Source: Rhodosorus marinus CCMP1338 (Eukaryota; Plantae; Rhodophyta). Taken from it: 64,000 nucleotides of DNA. The position numbers were made by a program, and so were the translations under genes. Positions 24,562 through 36,499 of this stretch are shown here, in pieces (the stretch's first letter is position 1; each line of letters opens with the position of its first letter). The notes below the pieces were generated by a model. It had not been told where the DNA came from. It did not search any database and saw only the letters and a program-made list of their open reading frames with translations. The stretch covers positions 1,860,001 through 1,924,000 of the forward strand of contig JAMWBK010000004.1 in the NCBI GenBank assembly GCA_029953675.1, given 5' to 3'.

Positions 24562-26180
24562 TTACAAAGGGAGCTTAAAACTAACATTTACGTCAACGGT
24601 GTTAGCAATTTGTACTATTTCGGCAAGCTTCACGGCTTTCTTCCCCGCCTCGTCAAGATCGTCTGCCGCGATGATGCGAAGCCCAGAATCGAAGATCAGC
24701 TTCTTGGCCTCGTCGACTTTATTTCCTTGCAATCGTACCACTAAAGGTACTCGAAGCTGAATCGTTTTCGCTGCAGTAATGATTCCCTGTTTAAACGGAC
24801 CACTGAGTTTAGTTGAGAAACCACTGGACCCACGTAAAAGCTTTATAAGGAGCCAAGCGTACCTGGGCAATAACATCGCATCGCATTATTCCTCCAAAAA
24901 TATTCACAAGTATGGCCTGGACTTTCGGATCGTCATTGAGAATCGTAAACGCCTCAGTTACTTGCTTGTCCGTAGCTCCTCCCCCCACATCAAGAAAGTT
25001 CGCCGGGTTTCCCCCGTGGAGTTTAATGATGTCCATTGTCGCCATAGCTAGACCAGCGCCATTCACGAGGCACCCAATGTTCCCGTCAAGCCCAATGTAG
25101 TTCAGCCCAGCTTCGGCAGCACGAACCTGCACGTGGAAGTGAGGAGTTGCACTTGATTAGAGAAACGAGACTTGAGAGCACTTGACGTGAGCCGGGTGCC
25201 TTGACCGAGAAAATACCTCGCGAGGATCCTCCTGCGTTGTATCTCTCATAGCAAAAATGTCTGGCTGCCTGAAGTCTGCGTTGTCATCGAAGTTGATCTT
25301 CGCATCGATGCAAACAACCTCTCCTTGAGGAGTCTCGATCATGGGATTGATCTCAACGAGAGTCGCGTCCTTTTCAATGAACAATTGATAGAGCTTCTTC
25401 ACCTGCTCGGCACATTGTTTCTTGGAATTCCCATGGAAACCCATAGCTTCAGCTACCGCGTCCGCAACTTCCGGCGTTATCCCTTCTGCAATGTTTACTG
25501 GGATGTTTTTGATTGCATTGGGATTGCTCGCCGCAATGTCCTCAATGGAGGAACCCCCCTAAGCGGACCCATTCATTTTCTTAGAATTCGTAACATTCTC
25601 CAATAGGGTTATGGTAAACTCACTTCGCGGCTGGCGATGATTGTCGGTCCCTGAGATTCACGATCATAGAGGATTCCTAGGTACATCTCGCGTCTCATGT
25701 ACATTCGCTCCGTAACTAGCACCTTGGACCAATTAAGTGCAAAGGCGGACAAAGCGTTAGTCGACAATTGACTTTGAAATCCGTTCATGCCGGACCGAAC
25801 CGTACCTTCGAGCACAGTTTCCCACCAGCACCGGTTTGCTTGGTGACCAAGTTCTGACCAAACATCTTAGAAGCAATATCAGCCGCAGTTTTTGCATCGT
25901 AGCAGAGGTGTACGCCAGACTTAAAACCATTTTCGAATGTCCCGAGCCCTCTTCCGCCAGCGAGCACCTGAGCTTTGACGACAATATCAGTGCCATCTCC
26001 AAGCGACTTCGCCGCAGCGAGCGCCTCCTCCTTCGTCGTCACAGCTGTTCCACGGGGAACTCTAATCCCATAGCCGCGCATCAACTCCTGTGACTGATAC
26101 TCGTGCAAATGAAGGAAACGCGCCTGTCTTCCATAAGGATTGCTAGAGCGCACCCGCGTCGCAGCTCTCAAAATATTCAT
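24562..26180 (-). CDS. SUCLA2: Succinyl-CoA ligase beta subunit, mitochondrial
   Basis: Presequence, then [105 protein letters not shown] versus GDP specificity not determined. Confidence 0.95.
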
Positions 26181-27370
26181 ATCCAAAATAAAAAGATACT
26201 GCCAAGCTGTAAGTACCAGACCTATGCAGATCTCCGCTCCCTACAGACAACAGGGACAAATGTCGTCCTCAAAACTAATCTGACTCCAATACAAAAGATT
26301 TCTCCTCGTTCTACCTTTCCGACACTCCCCAACTCCTCCCCAAACCAAGACAGATCCACCCCATATCGCGCATCGATCATCCGCACATCCTCCATAGTAT
26401 TGCTATCGAAAACCCTTCACCAACCGACAATGCATATTTTAAGTATCTTTTCATCCAAAAAAAGAACCAATGCTCAATTTACTTTTAAATATACACAATT
26501 ATTAATATACTGTTCTATATTAAGATATAGCATTCCTTATTTTCGTTAATCCGTCAGCCATTGAAAAAAAAATTCATTCATGATTTTTGTCCTAAATTAT
26601 TTGTTAATTTTTACTCCTCTTAGCTTTTTCTTCTCATCTAACCCCTAAACACAATCCGAAAGAAGAGATACAGAAAGAGCTAGCTATATTTTAGGGGTAG
26701 TTAGGTTTCTTATTTATAGGTTGAGTAATTCTTTTTTTTTACATTTGTGGAAAACGAAACGTTTATGGTCGGAACTAGCCCCTTTGATTCTCGGCTTCAG
26801 TACTTTCAATATGCCGGCGATCAGTCGGTGATTACCCCCCCTACAGTTCTCCTATTCGAGAATGCGTATCAGGAAACCGAAAATGTGGCGTCTGGGACAT
26901 GGGACACGGGACACGCCGTCGGGGGAGAAAGACAAGTGGTAGGATGGGTGCTAAAACTCGCGTCACTAGCAATTTTCTTCACTTGATCGAATACTACTAA
27001 TGCTAGTTAGCTATTTTATGAATGATCTAGTCTTGATCCAATGATAAATTAACCACCCAGCATACCCCCACTCCGCTAGCTGTTTCGGACCACCGTTCGA
27101 TGATTGAAAGACTGTGAAGAGACAAGCAGAAACAATGCTTAGCTTGCTCTAGAGATGCAGAGAGCTGTCGGCTGTAACACAGGGTTCACATGGATTCCAT
27201 GGCCCCAGCGAAGATAACGCGTTAAAGCCGAGCCCTAGCCAAGGCGTTGAGTGGTGAACATGGACCGTTGAATTTATTCCACGAGGCGGGTACTGATAGA
27301 AACGCGGTGGGGGGCCTCTGACGCGGCTGCTCGTAATTTCTAGGTGGAGGTTACTCCCGCCGTTGAATTT

Positions 27371-27955
27371 ATGTCGCTTGGACTGACAAAGACCGCAAGA
27401 TCTGTACTGCTCGAGCACTTGGACGCGACTAGACGAGTTGCAAATTCGTCGTCCAGGCTGGACTCTACGTCGAGGCGAATTGGAGATCTACTTGGCGCAG
27501 CACAGAACAACGCGCAACGCCTGAAGGATATCACTGAAGCGGAAGATGAGATTTGGTTGGGTTCAACGGGGTTAGAGAGCAACCTCATTGCTTCCCACGT
27601 TGCCCGACTGGAGAAGCTGTTCGCTGAAATTTGGAATACGCTTAAGGAGATGAGGACTTTATTCGCAGATATACGGAGCGAGGTGGATGACTTGATAGCA
27701 CACAGCTCCGCGTCTCTTGATGAAACGTTTAGTATTTTTCCATCTCCATACGTGTTTCGCGAGCGCTTGGAAGACACAAAGAGGCTCTACGGCGATCGGC
27801 TGGCTCACCAAGAAGCTGTACTTGCGGACCTTACCAGCTACGAGTCACTGGACGCTGTGGTGAACCTCTGGAAAAATTCGGAAGCTTCGTTTTCCAGCCT
27901 AAAGCGCTGGTTTCTAGTCGCAGAATCGGTGCATGAGCTGGTGGTAACCATGTAG
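27371..27955 (+). CDS. Helical protein resembling C1orf109/AIRIM (CK2S family)
   Basis: Single-exon ORF. Patterns GLESNLIASHVARLEKLF..TLKEMR and PS..FRERLEDTKRLY....QEAVL.DL....LD.VVNLW parallel the C1orf109 and plant homologue patterns as recalled, not searched. Confidence 0.5.
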   Translation: MSLGLTKTARSVLLEHLDATRRVANSSSRLDSTSRRIGDLLGAAQNNAQRLKDITEAEDEIWLGSTGLESNLIASHVARLEKLFAEIWNTLKEMRTLFADIRSEVDDLIAHSSASLDETFSIFPSPYVFRERLEDTKRLYGDRLAHQEAVLADLTSYESLDAVVNLWKNSEASFSSLKRWFLVAESVHELVVTM

Positions 27956-28011
27956 ACCAACCGCAGACAAGACGACAAAAAAAGAGTTTTCGCGTTGTTG
28001 TTCGTCTTCTG

Positions 28012-28748
28012 TCACAGTTTTACAGCTCCTCGTGCAAAGCGCGTTGACACGTGTCTCAAAGGATCTAGTAACTCATCGTATCCATTCAAAGCCGCAAGCC
28101 TTGAAAGCCATCCGAGAACATTGGGAAATTCTGAGAAGTCATAAATGTTCGCGATGTGCGTTTGGTCCAAATCCACACAAACGAACAGATCAGCAATACT
28201 TAGCTCGTCCACGAGGTAATTCCTAGCGGAAAGATGGTCGTCCAGTACGTGGAGGGCACCAGCAAAGCTTTCCATCTCGCCTGGTCTAGCTTTTCGATTT
28301 AGCAGCTTCTCCGAAAGAACGACGCGCGTACCGAGTCGCGAATTTGAATGTGCCCAGTGAAGCCACTGATTCACCAAAGCTCGTTTCCGGGTATCAGGAG
28401 GATAGATCGCGTGTAGATTCCTGCTTTCACATACGTACGCCATAATCGCCGCAGCTTCGCTAAGGATAAAACCATCGTCTGCAGCAGCGGAAAGGTGGAA
28501 GGTTTATTAGTGAGGGAAACGCTCTTCAGTTTTTCCAGCTAGGTCGGCTGCACCCCTTTCAGGCGCCGAGAAAGCACACCATCTATGACAGGAACCAATC
28601 CATTCGGATTCAGCTTCAGGAACCATTCAGATTTGTTCTCAACCTCTCTCAGATTCACTTTCCGGAATTCGTAATCGATGTTGTTACTGGCCAGCAGGAT
28701 CCTCACCGCCCGAGTAGGCTGTGACAATGGGCTTCCATAGACAATCAT
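28012..28748 (-). CDS. GSTT: Glutathione S-transferase, theta-like (2 exons)
   Basis: YGSPLSQPTRAV, LNPNGLVPVID-DGFILSEAAAIMAYV, RALVNQWLHW, LSARNYLVDELSIADL, FPNVLGWL. Confidence 0.9.
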
Positions 28749-28809
28749 CTTCCAATCCTATCTTCAGATAATCTGTTGAGCCTGGTCAGCTTCAGCATTC
28801 CTCCGAAAG

Positions 28810-29100
28810 CTCCTGGGGCTAACCTGCGTCTCCAGAAGAAGGGCAACGATCATACACCTACTCATGCACAGAACGGCTGGAAGGTAGTTTGAAGGTAGCT
28901 GGAATCTCCTGCCGATCCTCTTCCTCCCTGGAGGCCTGGTAACTATCGTATACCTACTCATGCATAGAACTGGTGGACGGTAGTTGGAAGGTAGTTGCGC
29001 ACTCCTACAACTCCTCTTCGTCACGAGAAGCCTGGCAACGACCATAGACCTACTCATGGACAGAAATGATGATATGTAGACGGAAGATAGTTGGGAAAGG
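28810..29100. repeat. About three diverged copies of a 96-bp tandem repeat immediately upstream of the GST start
   Basis: Core ACCTACTCATG recurs at about 28856, 28952 and 29048; GGAAGGTAG/GGAAGATAG recurs at the same period. Confidence 0.85.
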
Positions 29101-29934
29101 TCCATAAAAGCTCAGGGTTAGTGGAGGAAGGACTTTTCAGTCCGTAAGATGTCTACTCAGCTAGGAAAATGAGGAGACGGTAAACTGAGCGTATCTTGGG
29201 AAATGCGCGTCGAGTTGATCTGGACGGTCCTCTAATGGCTTTGGATACCTGAGCACATTCGATTGTTTCTTCAAGAAGCTCAAACTGTCGCTGGACAGGT
29301 CGAAAGGATCGACCTTGGGGAGGACCCCTTTTCTGTGGTGCGCGATACTGCTGATGCGCAAAACGCAAGCAAATCTACTTTCCAAAAAAATTCAGTCCCA
29401 AAGTATTTCCATGTAGATCATATAAAGTCCTCTGAGACGTATTTGTTTGTGTGCTTAACGCCTCTCTGATTCCCCTCCGAAGAACGCCGCTACGACCCGG
29501 TACGAAGGCGCATGGCGCTTTTCATCGCTTCTGTACGAACGGACTTGGAAATTTGCAGAATGTCATGCAACCCATGCATCGGGGTTGGAGTACTGAGTCT
29601 GTTTAACAATTAGCATCCCCCAAGCGTTGCCTGGTGCAGTCCTAACAGCACGGGCAATATCACGTTGCCTCGTGCGGAGATTCAGACATATCCGGAAGAT
29701 ACACGCGGCGGGGCTATTTCTAAGCAACAATGGTCTGCTAATGACATTCACACACCAGAGTTTTCGTTAGCCATTGTCGAGTTCTACGTAACACGCCCAG
29801 GTCTATTCAAGGTTCACCTTCCTAGAACACAACGTGTAGCAGGTAGGGTTCATTAGAGTCGTGCTGAATCGGATAGTTTTTCCGATAAAAGCCGTTTTCG
29901 GACCAGAGAGTACATATACAACTCGTATGTTTGG

Positions 29935-31613
29935 TCACCCCTGCTTTAGCCTAGACTCTGGAAGCAACACCTCAGTGAGTCGATCTCCGATCAGCCCGAC
30001 CATGTAGAGCGCTCCCCAGCTCAGCGAGCTCCAGAAAGCGAACATTTGGAAACTTGAGAACAGCAACGGATCGTTGGGCGTCGCAATGTTCTTCAGAGCT
30101 ACCATAGAAGATGCCATGGTCATCAGCGGCGGTGCGATGTACTGCAAACCAATGGCAGGTAAGTAGAAGTGCACGGTGAAAACTCTCTGCTCCAAGAGAA
30201 CCGCATTGACTGTTCCTTCCCCAGAAAGTAGTTTTTGGGCTTGTTCCAGACCGGTGCTCAAGTAGTCCCGCATTCGAACTCTGAAAAGGCTCAGTCGAAG
30301 CAGACACGATAGTATGAGGAGCGCAAGACGGAACACTCTTAGCTGCCCTTGGGCGAGCTCTGAAGTCAGGAATTCTCCCAGCAACGGTTTGAAGAACAGA
30401 AGGGATACGGCCAGCGGGAGAACTGCATCAATGCATAGAGCAAAGAAGGTGACCTTCCTGAGAACAACAGCTTTGCTAACGCTGGCGCTCTTAGCCGATT
30501 CCTCGTCGTCCTCATCGTCTTGTTCGTTGATGTAAAACTTGAAAAACCAATGCGAGAACCTCTGAGAAGGAAGAAGTACCGCTGCGGAACTGAGCCCACA
30601 CAATAACGCGAGACAAATTCGGATCAGTCTCCCAATGTCCCTACTTATTCTCGTGGTTTCGAGCAAATCATTGGCCTTCATCCAATCCTCGAGGCTGGAC
30701 TGGCCAAACTGTATCCCTTCCTCGACGTTGAGATCAAGGATGAGGTTGGATGTCGAAGGTGCAGTTGCCAGAAGAGCAGAAAGAATAGACAATACAACCA
30801 CGACTGCCGCAGCAATGCCTTCATTTGACCCAAACCCGAGGTGTACTACAAGGCTCCCTAACGACCCGAGACAGGTGATCATGCAGCCGAGGGCGAGATG
30901 ATGAGCAGTTTCCATCACTTCGAACTGCACAGGGAAGAGAAGAACACTCTGAGCTCATATCTACTGATGGAGGAGTAGCGACTAGTACTAAAGAATAGAG
31001 GAAATTGAGATGGTCTGACATGGACAAACTCACTTGGGTGAACGCCCTGAGGAGAACCTCCACAGACCAAACAACTAGGAACGCAGTGAACACTATCAGA
31101 ACCTGGTCATACTCGTACATAAACTTCCTCTCGACTATTCTGAAGAATTGCTTTCGTGGTGAACAGTTTGCATGTCGGGAAGCAATCGAGACGTTGAAGG
31201 GGTAAGAATTGGGTTAACGACAATACAGTGACCGAATTGAGCAAAACGTAGCGATTCGAATTCGAATTTCAACATATCCGAAACAGGTTTTCCAAATAGC
31301 AGCTACGAGTTAGAATTCTTATGATGTTTACAATAACGCTCACCTGATCGATGTTTTTCATTACCATCGGGACGATCCTCAGAGCATCCTTGGCGGAGTT
31401 CTTCTTCTTCTTGCGATTCTCCTTCGAGGACGACCTACCAGCGTCCGTACCCAGACTCCTTTCTAAAGACCTTTTTATGTGCTCCTGACTCGGCTCCACG
31501 AGGTACGGGATTCCATAGTACCATCGCTCAAAGGGTCGGATGATCCCTCTCAACCTCGACAGTACAAACAGTGTCAGAACCCCAGCTAGCAACGTCGGGG
31601 GAAGCAACGCCAT
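29935..31613 (-). CDS. TMEM161: TMEM161 family multi-pass membrane protein
   Basis: MALL..LLAGVL, ERWY..YLVEPSQEHIK (cf. HPTEEEL), EYDQVLIVF, many TM helices, FYLPAIGLQYIAP (cf. LQYLAP). Confidence 0.85.
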
Positions 31614-31796
31614 ATCACAGCCTCTTCTTCCCCTTCACAGCAAAAATAATAGCAGTACTAAAACACTAAAATAACCTAAAACAAAAGAAGCTTCCCCCAC
31701 AAGGCCCGCCTCCGAAGTTCCATTGAGAACCCTGGTCCGCATCCCCATTGCCCCAACGAGATTATTGTCTAACAAGTAGACTAAGCATTCTTCAGA

Positions 31797-32014
31797 CCAA
31801 TTAAGTTTGGTTATACTAAAATAGCATCAGGCCAACTATATTATCAAATATAATTGGTTGTTTAGATCTTATACAGTTGAAATATATCCAATGAATACGC
31901 TTTAACGCTAATATTGTCCTAGTTAGACCAATTGATACGCTTATGTCGAGATGTACGTATATAAATGCATATAGGGATACTTAATTGGTGTCTAGTTAGT
32001 TTCTAGTATCCAAT
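31797..32014. promoter_or_regulatory. Cluster of six CCAAT/ATTGG boxes in an AT-rich promoter upstream of TMEM161
   Basis: CCAAT at 31797, 31888, 31928 and 32010; ATTGG at 31853 and 31984. Confidence 0.55.
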
Positions 32015-32389
32015 AGATTCCAAGGTTAGTCCGCATAAGATACTTAAGGGCGTCCAAATTCGTTGGGCCGCACTACTAGGATGAGCTTGTAACTGGTAAG
32101 GAAGAGGGACGAGGTAATTTTTTTTTGGAGGGTCGTATCATCCTGAGATGAATCCTACGTATTGATTCTGTTTTTAATGTTAGCGACCGGTTCCATTTTA
32201 AGATTAGATCAGTTTTTTCAAAGTTCCAGTACTGATCGTCCTCCAGCTTGAGGGGTTTAGTCCCATCGCATGGATCCCCCTGCTGGCTCTGGTTTTCAGG
32301 GCTTGGCTGACTGCTCTGACCGTCAATATTGCGCGTCATGGCTAGAAGGCTTAAGGATCTAGAGCGCCGGCCAAGAGAAGGAACGGCAC

Positions 32390-32960
32390 CCCACAGCTCC
32401 AGGTGCTGATTCTACAGCAGGAGCGAGCCTTCGCAGAATCGATGGACCATTGGCTGAAGTATGGAATGCTCATGGTTTCCATGCACATCAACCCGAATGA
32501 CGAGAGTTCCCCGAGGGTCGACGAGTGATCGAAGTTGCGTCGACAGCAAAAGACTGGTTTGGGAGTTCCATGTTTCGTCGAGGGCAAATGCTCATTTCTG
32601 TAACAGTTTCACGCTAGTACCAGCTGAAAATCCTTTCAAGTAGGAAAACGAGCTGTGATGTTCTGTGTTTGGACCCAGGAGCGTTCTAGTCTTGAATTTC
32701 AACGGGACTATGTTCAACAGCATTGTGACCAAACAAGTGATTTCGTTTTTACTAAGAGTTCAGCTGGTCGAAGGATTGCTGAATGACAATATCACTCCCC
32801 TTCCGGTCGCAACTGCTCGCTTTTCGAACACACGAAGACGGCAAAGGCCCTCGTATGTTAGCTTGTTTTCATCGTCATCATGTAACCTTCTCCGGATTTC
32901 TCTTTCGCTGAGAGCTCTGTTCAATATCTCCGCAGAAACTTGAAGAACTATAAATTGTAC
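32390..32960 (-). pseudogene. Decayed coding segment with a MATH/TRAF-like pattern downstream of the B-box gene
   Basis: One protein-like frame interrupted by in-frame stops at 32762 (TGA), 32594 (TGA) and 32414 (TAG): GLCRLRVFEK..GVILSF..CLVTMLLN..ETWNSQTSLLLSTQLRSLVDPRGTLVIRVDVH. Confidence 0.4.
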
Positions 32961-33380
32961 ATCGTAGTAATAGTCAGCTACTAAATTTCCATGTCATAAA
33001 TATTGTTAGTCGCTCATTCACCATCTTAGATGGGATCCTTGTAAATGTTGAGCGATTGACTCCTGTAAGTTCCTTCCGACTAAACTCCGTGCAATAAATA
33101 TTGTTAGTCGCTCCGTCCCTTGGGGCCCGATGGCCGGGTTCTATTTTGCGGGCCACTGACGCCGTTGAGTTCCTTCCGACTTAACTCCAAACCATTCTGA
33201 CTGTCGTTGCTCCTTGGACTCGATGCCTGTGGTGCAACCTCGGAACCATCCGTGCCATTCAGTTCTTTCTGACTAAGATCAGTACGATTGGATGTATCCA
33301 CACTCCCAGAGCTTGCGAGCTTCGTTCTGGGTTCTGATCCATTAGCTCCATCAAGCTCTTTCCGAGTGGACTGCAACATT
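32960..33380 (-). repeat. Four to five diverged 93-100-bp tandem units (xRKELNG motif); later units frameshifted
   Basis: TRKELDG, SQKELNG and SRKELNG are 31 aa apart. GTTCCTTCCGAC occurs at about 33169 and 33069; TAAATATTGTTAGTCGCTC at 33095 and 32997. Confidence 0.8.
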
Positions 33381-33858
33381 ACTGAAGAGGTAAAATCCAT
33401 CCTCTCAAACCCGAAATACTCAACCATGGCGGATGAAATCTTCACGCACTTTTCTGAAAAATAATGTCTACAACCACCACAAACGAAAGAGGCGAACTCC
33501 TCGCAATGGTACTCTGCAGGCATCGACGTACACCGAGCACAATGAATCGTTGAGACGCAACCTTCCTTTAGCTCCCTATGTAGCGTCTCGCCCGAGTCTC
33601 TGCAGCCCTTGTGCAACTTTTGGTGGGCAAAAAGACGGGTTAGGCTAAAGTACTTGTTCTTTCTTGCCGTGTAAACAGAAAGTCATTTCTGATGTCGCTC
33701 ACCTGTGAGAGGCTGCACAATCTGCAGATGCATTTAGAAGTCGCCAAACACCAGAAGACCGCCTGGGCCTTCTCACATCCGTCACAGAGTGCTTTCGAGG
33801 TTTTCAATTTTGACCCGTGATGCTCGACAAGGTCCAGCTTCAGCTCCAAACCCTCCAT
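33104..33858 (-). CDS. Double B-box zinc-finger protein (about 222 aa, 2 exons)
   Basis: Intron 33702-33617 joins CDGCEKAQAVFWCLATSKCICRLCSLSQ to LHKGCRDSGETLHR, completing B-box 1. Second, degenerate box CARCTSMPAEYHCEEFASFVCGGC. Confidence 0.7.
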
Positions 33859-35049
33859 ACCGGCTCTCCTACATGCCAGTAACGGGCCTTGGAAGGCTGC
33901 AGCCGCACACCCTCAAGCTTTTCCTGACTTCCTATGTACTCTCTACCATGTCAGTCCACATGGCAAAGCATTCAAAGGTACCTACACCACACCAAACCCC
34001 CTTCAACCAAACTATAGCTCTCAGAAACCCTACGAGAAGCCCTCCGCTTTACTAGTAGATCGTCGGTCTCCTTGATCATCATAACCGGAGCTCGACCTTT
34101 CCTTTTCTGAAACCGCCGCCCGGCCTCCGAAGTGTATCCAGAGGGGTCCAAAGCACCAACCCCAATCATGAAGTTTGCACCGTTCAATTCATTTCAGTTG
34201 TGAGATCATGGAAATTCTTCTCGTAAAACATATAATACTTTGACCTTCGGAATCAACCATTGGTTTACCTTCGGACCAATCCTCTTCGAAAGTATCGCTT
34301 TTCTACCAATCAACGTTCCGAGCAAGTGCTGCGCGTTGCAAAGTATCTGTTATATCATATTGACATAATAAAATCAAATGTTATATCGTATCGTCTTATT
34401 AAATAATTACAGGAACATATCCAGAACGGAACGCCTCTCTGTGTTTTAGATAAATTTTAGCCGAACAGTATCTTCAATTTGATTTGAAAAGAAGAGAAGA
34501 GCCCAGGATTCTTTTGGTTTCCTTTTTGGGGGGCGTTTTCGATGTGCAGGGGTTCATGGGGTTCAATCATAATAAATTCCTGGTGATTGAATATTTGATT
34601 TTGTGTAAATATTCATCATTTATTCTTTAGAATTCTTTTTTGTCGAGTTTTGGGGAAATAGCAGATCGAAAAAGGGGGTTGGGGTGTCTTTGGTTGGTTT
34701 TGGTAGTTCGCCGGGGGGGGGGGGAAGGGGTTTCGGTTAGGTTTTGAGGAACAAGGCCTTAGGAAGGAATCCTCCCATCCACTCTTTTAGCGATGCTGTT
34801 CCTTATCGAACTTTCCGTATTTCCCGGCCCTTCTCCGCCACCCTGTCTGAATTCCCTAGTTGCTTACTAAATGTCCAGTTTGGGTTGCGCAAGCACAGAG
34901 TTTGATCGCGATAGGAGCTGGGACCGATACTTTGTGTTTGGTTTCCAGATCCTTTTTCGATGAAAAAGCGTTATGAAAAGTTGGTAGAAACAAGCCTTGA
35001 AAATTGTATGTAGCTTAGATCAACATGTGGACTGCGCCAAGTTTGTGGC

Positions 35050-36110
35050 GGAGGCGTTCGGAATGACCTGCGTCCCGGATTCCTCGCTGAGATCAGCACT
35101 GAAGCGGTTGGCTTAAGCTCTGCGTAACATTCCCGCCCTGGGCTTGTTTGATCGCCAGGGCTCTAATAGACCGATGATGAATAGAAGGGCATCGCCATTC
35201 CTATCCTCGTGATAGGCAGTCGTGAAGGTGCTTTGTTTCGACGGCATGGTTTCTAGCCCACGAAATGCACAGACTGTAGGTCGGTCGTGAATAATTAAGG
35301 TCAATATCCCTTTCCCAAGTTCAACGAGGGGTACATGCGAAAGGCTTTCTCAATGGCGGTCCAGCAACAGGATTCTCAGATCAGTTGCTCAAGAAAAAGC
35401 ATTGCGTATTGATTGTCTTAGCCACAGCATATCCAGTTGGAGTCCTGGGTGTGCCAGTGCTGAAGAGTGATTTACGTCAAATTCCGTTCGGTATTTGGGC
35501 ATCGCAACACAACAACCGAACTCCCAGGGGCTGCCTCGATGGTTCCTTGAGAGGAAAACTCCACACAGGACTGTCTTTGGTCAGGTCGGAACGAATGAGG
35601 CGAGCGAGAAGGGGTGGGTGGTAGAAAGTAGCGAATTTCACGCGTTCTTTGGTTTAAAGTAGTAGAACGCGTTTCCACACAACTTGAAGAACAGCTGGCT
35701 AGGCTTTTCCTGTAGTCGTCGGGGGCTCGGAAACTTGACCGGCAGCAACTTTTTCCAATCCTAAAAGAATCCGCACGGCGGCCTATCAATGATCGATCCT
35801 CTGCAGGTTGCTCGATGCAACGCATGGGCACTACGCGTGCTGTGCTCAGTCCTTGATTTATGTTCGGAAAATCCAGTCTTCGAAGCCTGTTCGGCAATGG
35901 CCGAGCGATGTCACTGCGTAGACACTTGTGGGAGCAGGAATGGATTACTTAGACCCAAAGCTTGGGTTTGGCTGGATAAGGAAAGATCGAAGCAGTTTCC
36001 GAAGTTTGGCGAAATACAACGGAGGTCACGTATTTGGAACACATTCCATACAGTTTGAAAACCACCGGGGCTTCGTTAGTCACCAGCGACCTTCGATTCG
36101 GACGGCTTGA
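35050..36110 (-). mobile_element. Highly degenerate Ty3/gypsy-like RT-RNase H fragment
   Basis: RT-like FKLYGM..VIHSCSH..LPNRLRRLD; TREIRYFL; RNase H-like CDA..GI..PTGYAVAK..WTAIEKAFRMY..LFTTD..SRL..VY*SPG. Multiple stops. Confidence 0.55.
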
Positions 36111-36499
36111 TCAAGAAGGGCTTTGATCTGTAATAGGTTCTCGGTTTACTAGACTGCAAATCTGCTATGAACTAGAACCACGTCAGTCGGTTGGAGCAAG
36201 TTTGCAGGTTCTTAGGTTTTCCGACGCAATTTACGCCAGCCTTAGTCGTGCTGTGCTTCTGTAAGCAACGGATATCAGATCCTGGGTGTTCTCCAACATA
36301 TTAGCACTTAACTGCTCACAAGCTAGAAGGCCGTGCTCTCCACCCGTCTTATAATGTAGAGTGCACGGCTATCGACGGGCGGAGCTCTTAGTGAGCGGGT
36401 TTCGAAATCTTGGATATACTAACTCGGAGGATGAGCGCTGTCTCAGAGCCATCCACAAACATCCTGCGGCTCGGGAACACACATGCAGTCTGCAGTAGT

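Noticed and set aside
28810-29100. Invariant in-frame TAG in each 96-bp unit as evidence of stop-codon reassignment
   Set aside because: TAG terminates normal genes here (CWF19L1, syntaxin, COX7a-like); it is better explained as the antisense of conserved TYS codons.
29153-29900. Short minus-strand ORFs between TMEM161 and the GST
   Set aside because: No domain and no coherent splice model.
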